NCBI GenBank assembly: GCA_002507175.1
Contig: DAZE01000012.1
Span: forward strand, 25,134 to 89,133
Source: Euryarchaeota archaeon UBA558
GTDB taxonomy: Archaea; Thermoplasmatota; Poseidoniia; Poseidoniales; Thalassarchaeaceae
DNA length: 64,000 nt
Direction: 5' to 3'
Shown: positions 1 through 8,596 of the stretch, in pieces
How positions within the stretch are numbered: the stretch's first letter is position 1
Layout of the letters: each line of letters starts with the position of its first letter
Notes under the pieces: model-generated
Told to the model about the DNA's origin: nothing
Seen by the model: only the letters and a program-made list of their open reading frames with translations
Database searches by the model: none
Translations under genes and position numbers: made by a program

Positions 1-209
1 TTTGCATATCCTGATACTGTCTCAACGAGGCTGGTGAACTGATCATATCGTTGTTGGAGGACGACATCCACATTGGACCAAGACTGTTCGACTCTGTTTT
101 CTTTTCGAACTATCCTGTTGTAGAGTCCGATGCCCCAAAAGAGGGCAATTAAAAGGACTATCCCAAAACAACTGGAACCTGCCAGTAATGCAATTGTAGC
201 GCCATCCAT
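1..209 (-). CDS. lemA: LemA family protein, N-terminal part (gene runs off the left edge)
   Basis: Not in the ORF track. The reverse complement of 1-209 reads MDGATIALLAGSSCFGIVLLIALFWGIGLYNRIVRKENRVEQSWSNVDVVLQQRYDQFTSLVETVSGYAK. This is an N-terminal TM helix followed by the YNxxV...V.QSWSxVDVxLQxRxD pattern typical of LemA. ATG at 209-207. Confidence 0.7.
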   Translation of the reverse strand, partial: MDGATIALLAGSSCFGIVLLIALFWGIGLYNRIVRKENRVEQSWSNVDVVLQQRYDQFTSLVETVSGYA

Positions 210-249
210 ATGGGCTCGGAAGACCGCAGAAGAGATGAACCTTGGCCTG

Positions 250-1788
250 TTATTTACTCAGGGCATGGTAGCCGTCATCTGATTCTACCACCAGGCGTTG
301 CTCGATCAGTCCATTGATGTGGGAAAGCGCCTGGTCCCTTGATAGCGCGACTGGAGCATTTGGCGAGTCTTGGTATGCTTCCAGAGTTATTTCAGCTAGA
401 CTGTGGATGCCACTCTGGATGACCTTCAAAATCCTCTCATGCCTCTGTTTACGATGATTGATAGTTCTGCCAAGCAGCCTATCTGGCGAGGCGCAAACAG
501 GGCCATGACTCGGGAAAAGAAGCTTAGGCTTGAGGGCCCTGAGACGTTCGAGACTACCCAAGTATCTTATCATTGAACCGTCTTGCGAGGGAATAAGGAT
601 TGTACCCACCATTGTCACATTGTCAGCCGACAAGATCCCCATCTCGGAAACCAGCGAGACCATGCCAGGGCAGTGCCCGGGAGTTTCAATGACAGTCCAT
701 GGGTATCCATCCGACAAATCAATCACCTGGCCATCCGCTATCTCAGTGCCACTTCCTATTTCCTCGATGGTCTCAGGAGAGGCCAAAATCGGACCGTCCA
801 GCAACACATTGATCATTGATTGATCACCAATATGATCAGGGTGCTTGTGGGTGTATAGCGCCCCCATCACGCTTTTTCCTTCTCCGTGGATCTCAGACAG
901 CCTCCTTTTGAGGATTTCAAAACCCTCCTCGTTCTGGACCGCAGGATCCACGATCAAGACTTTCTTACCCCTGCCGATGATGAAGCAATTGGTATGGGTG
1001 GCGGGGGGGAGAGTGGCCGTTGGTATTGGTAAGCACTCGACACCAGGTGCAAATTCTATTTTGTGCCGCCCCATTGGAGGTATCTTTGACATATTGGACA
1101 GTGCCGATAAAATTCCCTTTCCATCTAACCTCTTTTCAACAATGTCCCTCACAAAGGTGACTTGCGGAGGAGCCATCCTAGCTCTCCCGCATTGCCATTC
1201 AGATAGTAATTCTCCGGGAGCCCACCACTTGAACTGGGTAAATTCACTTCTCCCGGGCGGGTGCTTCGGTTCTATGCTGGTCTTTCCGAAAGGTATGTGA
1301 TAAAATCTGTTGGTGTAGCGAACAGGCGCTAGAGGGGGCGTGGTCCGTTCGGTGACAAGGGAGGCCAATCCTTCGTCAATTGTAAAAATGCCCTCATCGA
1401 TCCCCCTGCTCCAGGCCGTGTCGTCTGTACAGACCCTTTTCCTGATAAAATCGTCTACAACCATCCATTCACCACTAGTATCAAGAGCAAATCCAGTCTC
1501 TTCTGTCAGTTCTCTGAAAAGCGCTACGATCGAGGCACCGTCCTCCCGGCCCGCTCCAAAAAACCTAGTACCTGCAAATTTTCTATCTTGGGGGGAAACA
1601 CCCCCTCCGGGAAAGGCCCAAAATTCAGGGAAAGTGGGAACTTCTGGATGTCTTAGCCCCATCAACATCTCCACATCTTCGTTGACATACCTAGTGATTA
1701 TTGCGCTTGAAGCAAGGCGAGGCTCCTCAGGAAGTCGATTTGAATAGCCATTCACGCTTTCTCCGAGCGTGCGGGGGTATCTAATCAC
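250..1788 (-). CDS. Nudix hydrolase fused to a LACTB2-like metallo-beta-lactamase-fold hydrolase
   Basis: GTG start. The N-terminal half carries a Nudix box (LFRELTEETGF = REUxEExGU). The C-terminal half has HKHPDHIGD (HxHxDH) and a winged-helix tail (HGPV..INHRKQRHERIL) as in LACTB2-type MBL enzymes. It lies 17 nt downstream of the photolyase gene on the same strand. Confidence 0.75.
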   Translation of the reverse strand: MIRYPRTLGESVNGYSNRLPEEPRLASSAIITRYVNEDVEMLMGLRHPEVPTFPEFWAFPGGGVSPQDRKFAGTRFFGAGREDGASIVALFRELTEETGFALDTSGEWMVVDDFIRKRVCTDDTAWSRGIDEGIFTIDEGLASLVTERTTPPLAPVRYTNRFYHIPFGKTSIEPKHPPGRSEFTQFKWWAPGELLSEWQCGRARMAPPQVTFVRDIVEKRLDGKGILSALSNMSKIPPMGRHKIEFAPGVECLPIPTATLPPATHTNCFIIGRGKKVLIVDPAVQNEEGFEILKRRLSEIHGEGKSVMGALYTHKHPDHIGDQSMINVLLDGPILASPETIEEIGSGTEIADGQVIDLSDGYPWTVIETPGHCPGMVSLVSEMGILSADNVTMVGTILIPSQDGSMIRYLGSLERLRALKPKLLFPSHGPVCASPDRLLGRTINHRKQRHERILKVIQSGIHSLAEITLEAYQDSPNAPVALSRDQALSHINGLIEQRLVVESDDGYHALSK

Positions 1789-1804
1789 TATGACTGAAAA
1801 AAGG

Positions 1805-3448
1805 TCACAGCGTCTGACTTCCGTCGGGCCTCCAGACCCTGCCTGCAGAGAGGCTTTCGTATACGGAATCGAACAGGATACGATCGTTAATTTTCTTGTT
1901 TTCCGGTCTTTTTGAGAGTGTCCTTAGTGGCATCGACATCCTGAAATTTCCTTCGAACGCACTTTTATGCCGTTCCAGGTAAGCCCAATAAAGGGAGGAT
2001 ATGGGACAAGTTTTCTTGGGGTCAAGAGAGCATGATTTACAATAATCTCCCATGCGATTTATGTATGGGGCCCCCGATATGTAGGGCTTGGTCATCATAG
2101 AATCGCCTAGTGCGTATGTTCCCATGCCCATTACGTTAGGCTCTACGACCCAGTCATATGCATCGATGAATGATGCGTGAAACCAGTCGGTAAGCTCCCT
2201 TGGATTCACATCTAAAAGGCTAGCAATGTTGCTTTGAACCATCAACCTCGGAATGTGGTGGGTCCACCCATCCTCCATAACTGATTGAACAGTTTGGTCG
2301 AGGCAATTCAAACCTGATTTCTCACCCCAATATGCAATGGGAAGTTTACGATTCTGGTTTAGGTGATTAGGGTTTAGCTTGGGATAAACGCCATTACGCT
2401 CTGATTTCCACCACCCAGCGTCGTTCTCTGTGTTGAAGGTCCTGTTTACCTCCAAATTCTGAAAGCCATCAGTTACCACGTGGACATGGTGGACGTATTC
2501 CCTCCATACAATTTGTCGAATGAAGCCCTCTACGCTATTTAATGGGGCGTCCGTGGATAGTACTCGATCTACGATATCCATGGGAAGCAGTCTACTCAAA
2601 TTCAGAATTGAGGCTAGCCTGCTGTGAAAGAGCCCTCTGGATTTCGTGGTCATGGCATCCTCGTACTTTCCGAATAGAGGCAATACAGAAATGGCGTAGT
2701 CCAGAGCATCGTTCGCCTGTCCGATCGTCGTTGGCTGTGCAGAAAGGTCAACTGACCCCGGGTGCTCTTCAAACTTTGAGTTGACGAGTTCCTCAACCTC
2801 TCGGTCTATGCTGTCTTTGCAATAAGATGGAGGATCTGGGAGATCGTGCATCCCGTCCCACGGGGACCTGTTCTCGGAATCAAACGAATATTTTCCGCCG
2901 ATGGGTTTGGAACCATCCATCAATATGCCAGTTTCTTGTCTGAATTTTTGGTAGAAAGGTGCCATTCTAAAAGGAGGCTTGGTTCCTAGGGCCTCTGTGA
3001 ACCAATCGATGGGTGTAATCCATCCCTTGTGGGGATGCTCAATGAGCAGTCCGGAATCGATCAAAGGGGATAACTCATCTCGCGTAGACTTCTCTGCGGC
3101 TCTGATTGTGTGAATGATTCCCAAACTACCTAGATTCTGGAGTGTGACTGAATAATTCTCCTCGGTCATGATATAAGATACGGGGTGACCCTTTTCTTGG
3201 GCTTCAATTGCAAAGTGACGCATGTTCGAAATCAACATTGCGATTTTTTGTTTGTGATAAGGGCGGCTAGTGCCCTTTGCAATTGACTCGATGAGAATAA
3301 GTCCAGTTTCAGTTGGATCTTCGTCATTGAAGGGTATCAAGGATAGGTTAAGTTGGTCATAGAGGATGAAGACCCATCTCTTAGGGGAGGAATGTTTGTC
3401 GTTTCTGAGGTATGAGGGGAAACCCTCTCCATTCCGAGAACCCGACAT
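1805..3448 (-). CDS. Cryptochrome/photolyase family protein, FeS-BCP / prokaryotic (6-4) photolyase type
   Basis: N-terminus WVFILYDQLN. The C-terminal Cys pattern DYCKSCSLDPKKTCPISSLYWAYLERH matches the [4Fe-4S] ligands of COG3046/PhrB-CryB proteins. The ORF opens at 3520; I prefer the ATG at 3448 (MSGSRNGEG) because it leaves a promoter gap to the divergent crcB. Confidence 0.8.
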   Translation of the reverse strand: MSGSRNGEGFPSYLRNDKHSSPKRWVFILYDQLNLSLIPFNDEDPTETGLILIESIAKGTSRPYHKQKIAMLISNMRHFAIEAQEKGHPVSYIMTEENYSVTLQNLGSLGIIHTIRAAEKSTRDELSPLIDSGLLIEHPHKGWITPIDWFTEALGTKPPFRMAPFYQKFRQETGILMDGSKPIGGKYSFDSENRSPWDGMHDLPDPPSYCKDSIDREVEELVNSKFEEHPGSVDLSAQPTTIGQANDALDYAISVLPLFGKYEDAMTTKSRGLFHSRLASILNLSRLLPMDIVDRVLSTDAPLNSVEGFIRQIVWREYVHHVHVVTDGFQNLEVNRTFNTENDAGWWKSERNGVYPKLNPNHLNQNRKLPIAYWGEKSGLNCLDQTVQSVMEDGWTHHIPRLMVQSNIASLLDVNPRELTDWFHASFIDAYDWVVEPNVMGMGTYALGDSMMTKPYISGAPYINRMGDYCKSCSLDPKKTCPISSLYWAYLERHKSAFEGNFRMSMPLRTLSKRPENKKINDRILFDSVYESLSAGRVWRPDGSQTL

Positions 3449-3574
3449 AGCGTGTTGTGAATCCACGCACTGTGGTGATGTCACCCCCAAATGAAATCCT
3501 GTAATGCCCCACAATGCCATTTCATCCTCATATATCGCGACAAGTTCTATTTTCCTAGTCTACTAGATTTGGCC

Positions 3575-3940
3575 ATGCAAAACGCACTCCTCGTTGCCCT
3601 TGGGGGAGCGATTGGAGCCGTACTTAGGTGGTCTTTGGAGTCAATTTCTCCCACATCCAACATTTCGAGTGCCACCTTATCGATCAATTTGATCGGATCA
3701 TTCGGCCTGGGAGCACTGATGGCTGGGTTTTCAATGGGACATGCCTCAAAGGAAATCGTACATTTGTTGGGCATCGGACTACTTGGCTCATTCACGACTA
3801 TGTCCGCATACGCACTCCAGACAGTTGAGATCGGCAACTCCTCCGGCCTCTTATCCATGACAATGTATGTTGCCTTAACATCTTTAGGATGTCCGTTGAT
3901 GGCGCTGGGGGGTTGGAAACTCATGTCAATACTGACATAA
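3575..3940 (+). CDS. crcB: Fluoride ion channel CrcB/FluC
   Basis: MQNALLVALGGAIGAVLRWSL...INLIGSFGLG...LGSFTTMSAY are classic CrcB motifs. The product is 121 aa with 4 TM helices. The track ORF opens at 3491, but the ATG at 3575 gives the canonical length. Confidence 0.9.
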   Translation: MQNALLVALGGAIGAVLRWSLESISPTSNISSATLSINLIGSFGLGALMAGFSMGHASKEIVHLLGIGLLGSFTTMSAYALQTVEIGNSSGLLSMTMYVALTSLGCPLMALGGWKLMSILT

Positions 3941-3966
3941 CGACAATTTTTACGACTCCGCAGCGC

Positions 3967-3976
3967 TAAAAATAAT
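3967..3976 (+). promoter_or_regulatory. Candidate TATA box for the AKR gene
   Basis: TAAAAATAAT begins 27 nt upstream of the ATG at 3994, which would give a leaderless-type arrangement. Confidence 0.35.
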
Positions 3977-3993
3977 CACTTCCTCGGAATCCT

Positions 3994-4842
3994 ATGGCCA
4001 AACTGAGGGCAGTGAATCATGATGCGGAAACCAAGGAGGAAATCTCAGCTATAGACATGCCTGTGATTGGACTTGGGGTTTGGATGATGAATCAACCCAA
4101 TGAGTGCTTTCAAGCAGTGAGAAACGCAATATCAATCGGGTATAGATTGATCGATACTGCCAGGGCGTATGGTAATGAAAAGGAGGTTGGAGAGGCCATA
4201 AGGGATTCCAGTGTACCAAGGGAGGAAATAACCGTCGTCACAAAGTTGAGGAGAGTGCACGCAATTGGTTATGAATCTACGATCGAACATTGCAGACTCA
4301 GTTTGGAATTGTTGGGTTTGAAAAACATCGACCTATACCTTGTCCATGCACCCCCGGAAGACACAACTGCAAGAGAGCCAGTTTGGAGGGCGATGGAGGA
4401 TCTTCTCTCTGAAGGGATGGTGAGATCAATCGGGGTGAGTAATTACGGACTCCATCACCTGGAGCATCTCAAGAGTTATGCTCGCGTACTACCATCTGTA
4501 AACCAAGTTGAGTTGAACCCTTGGATTCAGAGGAGAGAATTGCATAAGGCAACTAAGGATATCGGGGCTCTGACGATGGCATATTCTCCATTGGCAAGGG
4601 GTCAAAAGGCACAGGATACACACTTGGAATCCATGTGTGAGGGCCTAGGATTCACAGCTCCTCAGGCAGCGATCAAATGGTGCATGGATAATGGGGCGGT
4701 TGTAATCCCAAAATCCAGCCATCCCGGGAGACAGCTTGAGAACTTCCAATCAATGGATGTCGATCTGTCAGGAATAATTGATGAGATGAACAAATTAGAT
4801 TCCAATTATGTCTCTGGATGGGATCCGACGGTGGAGCCATGA
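3994..4842 (+). CDS. Aldo/keto reductase (2,5-diketo-D-gluconate reductase-like)
   Basis: GYRLIDTARAYGNEKEVG, LYLVHAP, IGVSNY and IPKSSHPGR are AKR signatures. Confidence 0.9.
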   Translation: MAKLRAVNHDAETKEEISAIDMPVIGLGVWMMNQPNECFQAVRNAISIGYRLIDTARAYGNEKEVGEAIRDSSVPREEITVVTKLRRVHAIGYESTIEHCRLSLELLGLKNIDLYLVHAPPEDTTAREPVWRAMEDLLSEGMVRSIGVSNYGLHHLEHLKSYARVLPSVNQVELNPWIQRRELHKATKDIGALTMAYSPLARGQKAQDTHLESMCEGLGFTAPQAAIKWCMDNGAVVIPKSSHPGRQLENFQSMDVDLSGIIDEMNKLDSNYVSGWDPTVEP

Positions 4843-5027
4843 ACAGCAGTAGGGACCCAGAAACAATCGAGGAGGAACTCGAACTAATCGCAGAGGCTAT
4901 GAGGTTAGGAATAGACCCGTTTCCACCCAAAAGAGAGCGTAATAGAGTGGTGCGATTGACCCTAGGTTGGTTCATGATTGTTATAATGATCTCATGGGTA
5001 TCTCAGTTTCTCTACAGGGCCCTTTGA
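4839..5027 (+). CDS. Small hypothetical protein with a C-terminal TM helix
   Basis: ATGA start/stop overlap with the AKR gene (ATG 4839, TGA 4840-4842). Acidic N-terminus and hydrophobic tail LTLGWFMIVIMISWVSQFLY. I recognise no homology. Confidence 0.3.
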   Translation: MNSSRDPETIEEELELIAEAMRLGIDPFPPKRERNRVVRLTLGWFMIVIMISWVSQFLYRAL

Positions 5028-5070
5028 GTTGAGACGGAAAAAAGAAATGATGGAACCCCTTGGGGCGAGC

Positions 5071-5394
5071 ATGGCGAAATACATGTATTCAGGGAATTAC
5101 ACCTCGAAGGGTGCTGCTGGGTTGTTGAATGACGGAGGCAAGGCAAGGCACGAGGAGGCTCAGAAAGCCGCGGCTTCCATGGGAGGCTCCTTGGAGGCAT
5201 ACTACTGGAGTTATGGGGAAATGGACTTCATGATGATTATCAACCTGCCATCCGAGGAGATGGCAATTAAATTCTCACTTTACGTCGGTGCCTCAGGCGT
5301 CTTCAACGGTAAATTGACTCCTTTGATTACAGTGGATACCATGGAAGCCGCGACCTCCACAGAACTTCCGTTCATCAGACTGCCAGGAGAATGA
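5071..5394 (+). CDS. GYD domain protein
   Basis: MAKYMYSGNYTSKGAAGLL...GGSLEAYYWSYGEMDFMMIINLP matches the GYD-family pattern (kY...g.yT..G...l ... GeyD...i...P). The track ORF opens at 5029 (TTG); the ATG at 5071 gives the usual ~105 aa. Confidence 0.7.
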   Translation: MAKYMYSGNYTSKGAAGLLNDGGKARHEEAQKAAASMGGSLEAYYWSYGEMDFMMIINLPSEEMAIKFSLYVGASGVFNGKLTPLITVDTMEAATSTELPFIRLPGE

Positions 5395-5482
5395 AACCCT
5401 GTTGGTTGTGGCGCGTCTATTGGTAGATCAGTATTCCTTTGTCAAATGCCCAACACTTTGGCGGAACCAAATAACCTCATCC

Positions 5483-5558
5483 TGGTAGTCCCGCCCGGAT
5501 TCGAACCAGGGTCATGGCATCCAGAGTGCCATATGATGGACCACTACACTACGGGACT
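5483..5558 (-). tRNA. tRNA-Gln (anticodon CUG), 3' CCA encoded
   Basis: The reverse complement folds by hand as AGTCCCG-TA-GTGT..TCAT-A-TGGCA-CTCTGGA-TGCCA-TGAC-CCTGG-TTCGAAT-CCGGG-CGGGACT-A-CCA. All four arms pair. The A1:U72 pair is typical of archaeal tRNA-Gln. Confidence 0.9.
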
Positions 5559-5614
5559 TCTGGCAGTCGGTGAGTGGCTCTGTATTTCAACGAACCCATG
5601 TCAGTAAGTTCTCA

Positions 5615-6649
5615 TCATGCTTGGAATATGGCCATTATCTCTTCGTGCCTTTCCTTGCTGGGGCGCAGCATGTCCTCGCTGAGGTCGCACAGAGGCGTAT
5701 CGACGAGGCCCTGGTCTTCGTCAGCGGTTGGCATATCCGTATTATGATGGAGCAATCCTGTAATGTGCTTCTTGTCCACTTCCGCTTTGTGGAGTGCTGC
5801 TATTGCGGCAGTGGGATCCGTGTAGTCATATTCCATGGATAATGTCTCGAGCCTCAGCACACTACCATCGAATAGCTCTACATCCTCGAATCCACCCTCT
5901 GGAATGTCCACCTCGTTCATAGGTTGGAAATGATGTATGTAATCCACGCCGTGCAGCTCTTCAGATTGGGTCTTGACATACCCGTACGATTTGTAGGACT
6001 CATCGTTATTTGCAAAAGTCACGCATGGAGAGATCACATCGATAACAGCCATGCCGTTGTGGCTCAGCGCGGCTTTCATCAAAGACGTGAGCTGTTTCTT
6101 CGCTCCGGAGAAGGAGCGTGCTACAAATCCGCAGCCCAAATTAATGGCCAACTTGCACATGTCGATCGGAGGTTGCTCATTGGGTGCGCCCTTTCGCTTC
6201 TTGGATCCCTTCTCAACTGTAGCGGAATATTGCCCTTTTGTGAGGCCATAGACACCGTTGTTTTCAATGATGTAAACCATGTTTAGATTTCTGCGTATGG
6301 CGTGGATGAACTGGCCGATACCTATGCTTGCTGAGTCACCATCGCCCGAAACACCGAGGTAGACTAGGTCCTTGTTGACCATGTTGGCACCAGTAGTCAC
6401 CGATGGCATTCTTCCGTGGACAGTGTTGAATCCATGCGATTGACCAAGGAAATATGCGGGCGTCTTGGATGAACAGCCTATTCCACTCATTTTTGCAATT
6501 CTGCTGGGTTCTATGCCATTCTCCCAACACGCTTGAATTATGACTCCGGAAATCTGGTCGTGTCCACAACCTGGGCAAAGAGATGATGGCCCCCCTGTAT
6601 AGTCACTCTTTGGCCTATCAATCACGTTGAGTTTGATAACTTTGCTCAC
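5615..6649 (-). CDS. korB: 2-oxoacid:ferredoxin oxidoreductase, beta (TPP-binding) subunit
   Basis: CPGCGHDQI plus the TPP motif GDGDSASIGIGQFIHAIRRNLNMVYIIENNGVYGLTKGQ. 4-nt overlap with the alpha subunit gene. Confidence 0.9.
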   Translation of the reverse strand: MSKVIKLNVIDRPKSDYTGGPSSLCPGCGHDQISGVIIQACWENGIEPSRIAKMSGIGCSSKTPAYFLGQSHGFNTVHGRMPSVTTGANMVNKDLVYLGVSGDGDSASIGIGQFIHAIRRNLNMVYIIENNGVYGLTKGQYSATVEKGSKKRKGAPNEQPPIDMCKLAINLGCGFVARSFSGAKKQLTSLMKAALSHNGMAVIDVISPCVTFANNDESYKSYGYVKTQSEELHGVDYIHHFQPMNEVDIPEGGFEDVELFDGSVLRLETLSMEYDYTDPTAAIAALHKAEVDKKHITGLLHHNTDMPTADEDQGLVDTPLCDLSEDMLRPSKERHEEIMAIFQA

Positions 6650-8448
6650 TCTGCCCCCTCCTTCAAAACCTCTAGTATCAGGTCAGAATATATTCTTGCT
6701 CTAGGCGGCATACCGTCAGAGTAGGCTACGCTCGATATTTTTGGTACCAGATTTATTGGAAGCTCCTTCCTTAACACCCCGTATAGCTGACCATCTCGGT
6801 TTATCTCCAGAACTATCACTCTATTGTGCCGTTCAATGAACGCCTCTATGTCGGGGTGTAGGGGCACTGCCCTTACTCGGCATTGGCTAACTTTTAGGCC
6901 GGTTTCTTCTATGATGTCGTCTATTTCTTGTATTGAGTTTTCCATTGATCCCATGTAGATGATCCCCACATCTTGTTCGGTTTCCTCACGGATCACGGGC
7001 CCTGGGAGATGTTTCCTTGCATTGAATAATTTCTTCTTCAGGCGCATCATCAGTTTTTGGTACACCTCTGGATCCTCGCTGTATATTCCATCCTCGTCGT
7101 GACCGGTTCCCCTGTATAAAATGGGATCCAAACCCGAACCCGGTAGCGTTCTGTAAGGAACCCCATCTCCGTCAACATCCCTGTATCGGCCATAGTTTTC
7201 AATCGCGGCCATTTGTTCGGCTGATCGTAAGACTTTACCTCTGTCTATCGGTTCGTCTGGATAGTCAAAACCACTGCAGACCCAGTTATTCATTCCTAAA
7301 TCTAGGTCCGAAAAACCGAAAACTAAGGTTTGGAACCTCTCCGCATAATCAAACGCCCTCCATCCAAACTCGAAGCATTCCTCGACAGTTCCTGGGATAA
7401 GGACAATATGTTCTGTATCTCCGTGGCTTGCCTCTCGAAGGAGGTTCAAGTCCCCCTGTTGCGTTCTCGTAGGCAGCCCCGTGGAGGGCCCAACCCTGTT
7501 GACGTCCCAGATCACGCCCGGAACTTCTGCAAAGTATGCCAACCCGATAAATTCGGACATCAATGATATGCCCGGGCCAGAGGTGCATGTCATCCCTCTG
7601 CCTCCAGCCCAGCCTGCTCCGAGAACCATGCCTGCTGCTGCTAATTCGTCTTCGGCCTGGACGACGGCGCAAGTAGACTCGCCGTCTTCGGTGTCCCTCA
7701 GTTGTGGGAGCCAGTGAATTATTCCCTCTGCAAGGGACGAGGAGGGGGTAATTGGGTACCAGGATAGCATGGTGACTCCCCCGTAGATCGATCCAAGTGC
7801 CGCGGCTTCATTTCCGTCTATTAGGAATGTACCCTCTTTCTTATGTCGGGCTTCAACTGCATGTGGACAGTCCCATGTGATGTTTTCTTCGGCCATCTTC
7901 CTGCCTTCTTCTATGGCTCTAAGATTGACTTCCACGGCCGATTTCTTTCCTTTAAACTGCCGATTGACTGCCTTTTCAAGGGCGGCCTGATCTATCCCAA
8001 TCAGGTGCTGAATGACCCCAACGTAGTACATATTGGCGATCATCTTGGCCATTTTGGGGTTTATTCCGCGTGCGAGCTTTGTCATTGGTAGCCCGAAAAC
8101 GAGGCAATCATTCCGCTCAACCGGTAATTTCACATTCTCGTTGAAGATAATTATTGAGCCAGAATCAATTTTTTCTATGTCCTTAAACCAAGTATCCGCA
8201 TTCATCAAGACCTGTATGTCGGTTTTGTCCCCGGGTGCCTGGTACCCCTGATCGGAAGCACGAATGATGAACCAAGTGGGAAGGCCAGATATGTTGCTGG
8301 GGAATAGGTTCTTTCCACTGACTGGAACCCCCATCTCGAACATTGAGTTTAGGAGAATTAGGTTGGATGATTGGGATCCAGTCCCGTTGGCAGTTGCGAC
8401 GTTAATTACTAAGTCGTTTATTGATACATCCATTTCGGGAATACACAT
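6646..8448 (-). CDS. korA: 2-oxoacid:ferredoxin oxidoreductase, alpha subunit (two-subunit KorAB type)
   Basis: ATANGTGSQSSN, ITPSSSLAE and GGRGMTCTSGPGISLM are typical of the alpha subunit of a 600-aa two-subunit OFOR. An alternative ATG lies at 8433. Substrate (2-oxoglutarate or pyruvate) cannot be decided from sequence. Confidence 0.9.
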   Translation of the reverse strand: MCIPEMDVSINDLVINVATANGTGSQSSNLILLNSMFEMGVPVSGKNLFPSNISGLPTWFIIRASDQGYQAPGDKTDIQVLMNADTWFKDIEKIDSGSIIIFNENVKLPVERNDCLVFGLPMTKLARGINPKMAKMIANMYYVGVIQHLIGIDQAALEKAVNRQFKGKKSAVEVNLRAIEEGRKMAEENITWDCPHAVEARHKKEGTFLIDGNEAAALGSIYGGVTMLSWYPITPSSSLAEGIIHWLPQLRDTEDGESTCAVVQAEDELAAAGMVLGAGWAGGRGMTCTSGPGISLMSEFIGLAYFAEVPGVIWDVNRVGPSTGLPTRTQQGDLNLLREASHGDTEHIVLIPGTVEECFEFGWRAFDYAERFQTLVFGFSDLDLGMNNWVCSGFDYPDEPIDRGKVLRSAEQMAAIENYGRYRDVDGDGVPYRTLPGSGLDPILYRGTGHDEDGIYSEDPEVYQKLMMRLKKKLFNARKHLPGPVIREETEQDVGIIYMGSMENSIQEIDDIIEETGLKVSQCRVRAVPLHPDIEAFIERHNRVIVLEINRDGQLYGVLRKELPINLVPKISSVAYSDGMPPRARIYSDLILEVLKEGAE

Positions 8449-8508
8449 CCTTGCAAGCGTACAACAGCAGTGCGAGCGGGCCTACGCTGATGCATGAGGG
8501 ACTTGAGT

Positions 8509-8553
8509 ATTCCTATCTGATAAACGATTCCAATACAAGAAAAATTCCTATCT
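8509..8553. repeat. Exact 10-bp direct repeat ATTCCTATCT, two copies
   Basis: Copies at 8509-8518 and 8544-8553, 35 bp apart. They lie in the 148-bp divergent intergenic region between korA and the cyclophilin gene. Confidence 0.6.
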
Positions 8554-8596
8554 CAACATCCGTCATCTTTTCATTCCAGACACCAGCCGGCGGATC

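Noticed and set aside
3521-3574. A fluoride riboswitch upstream of crcB.
   Set aside because: Only 54-126 nt are available and I see none of the conserved crcB-motif pairing elements. Fluoride riboswitches do occur in archaea, so an Rfam covariance-model scan would be the decisive check.
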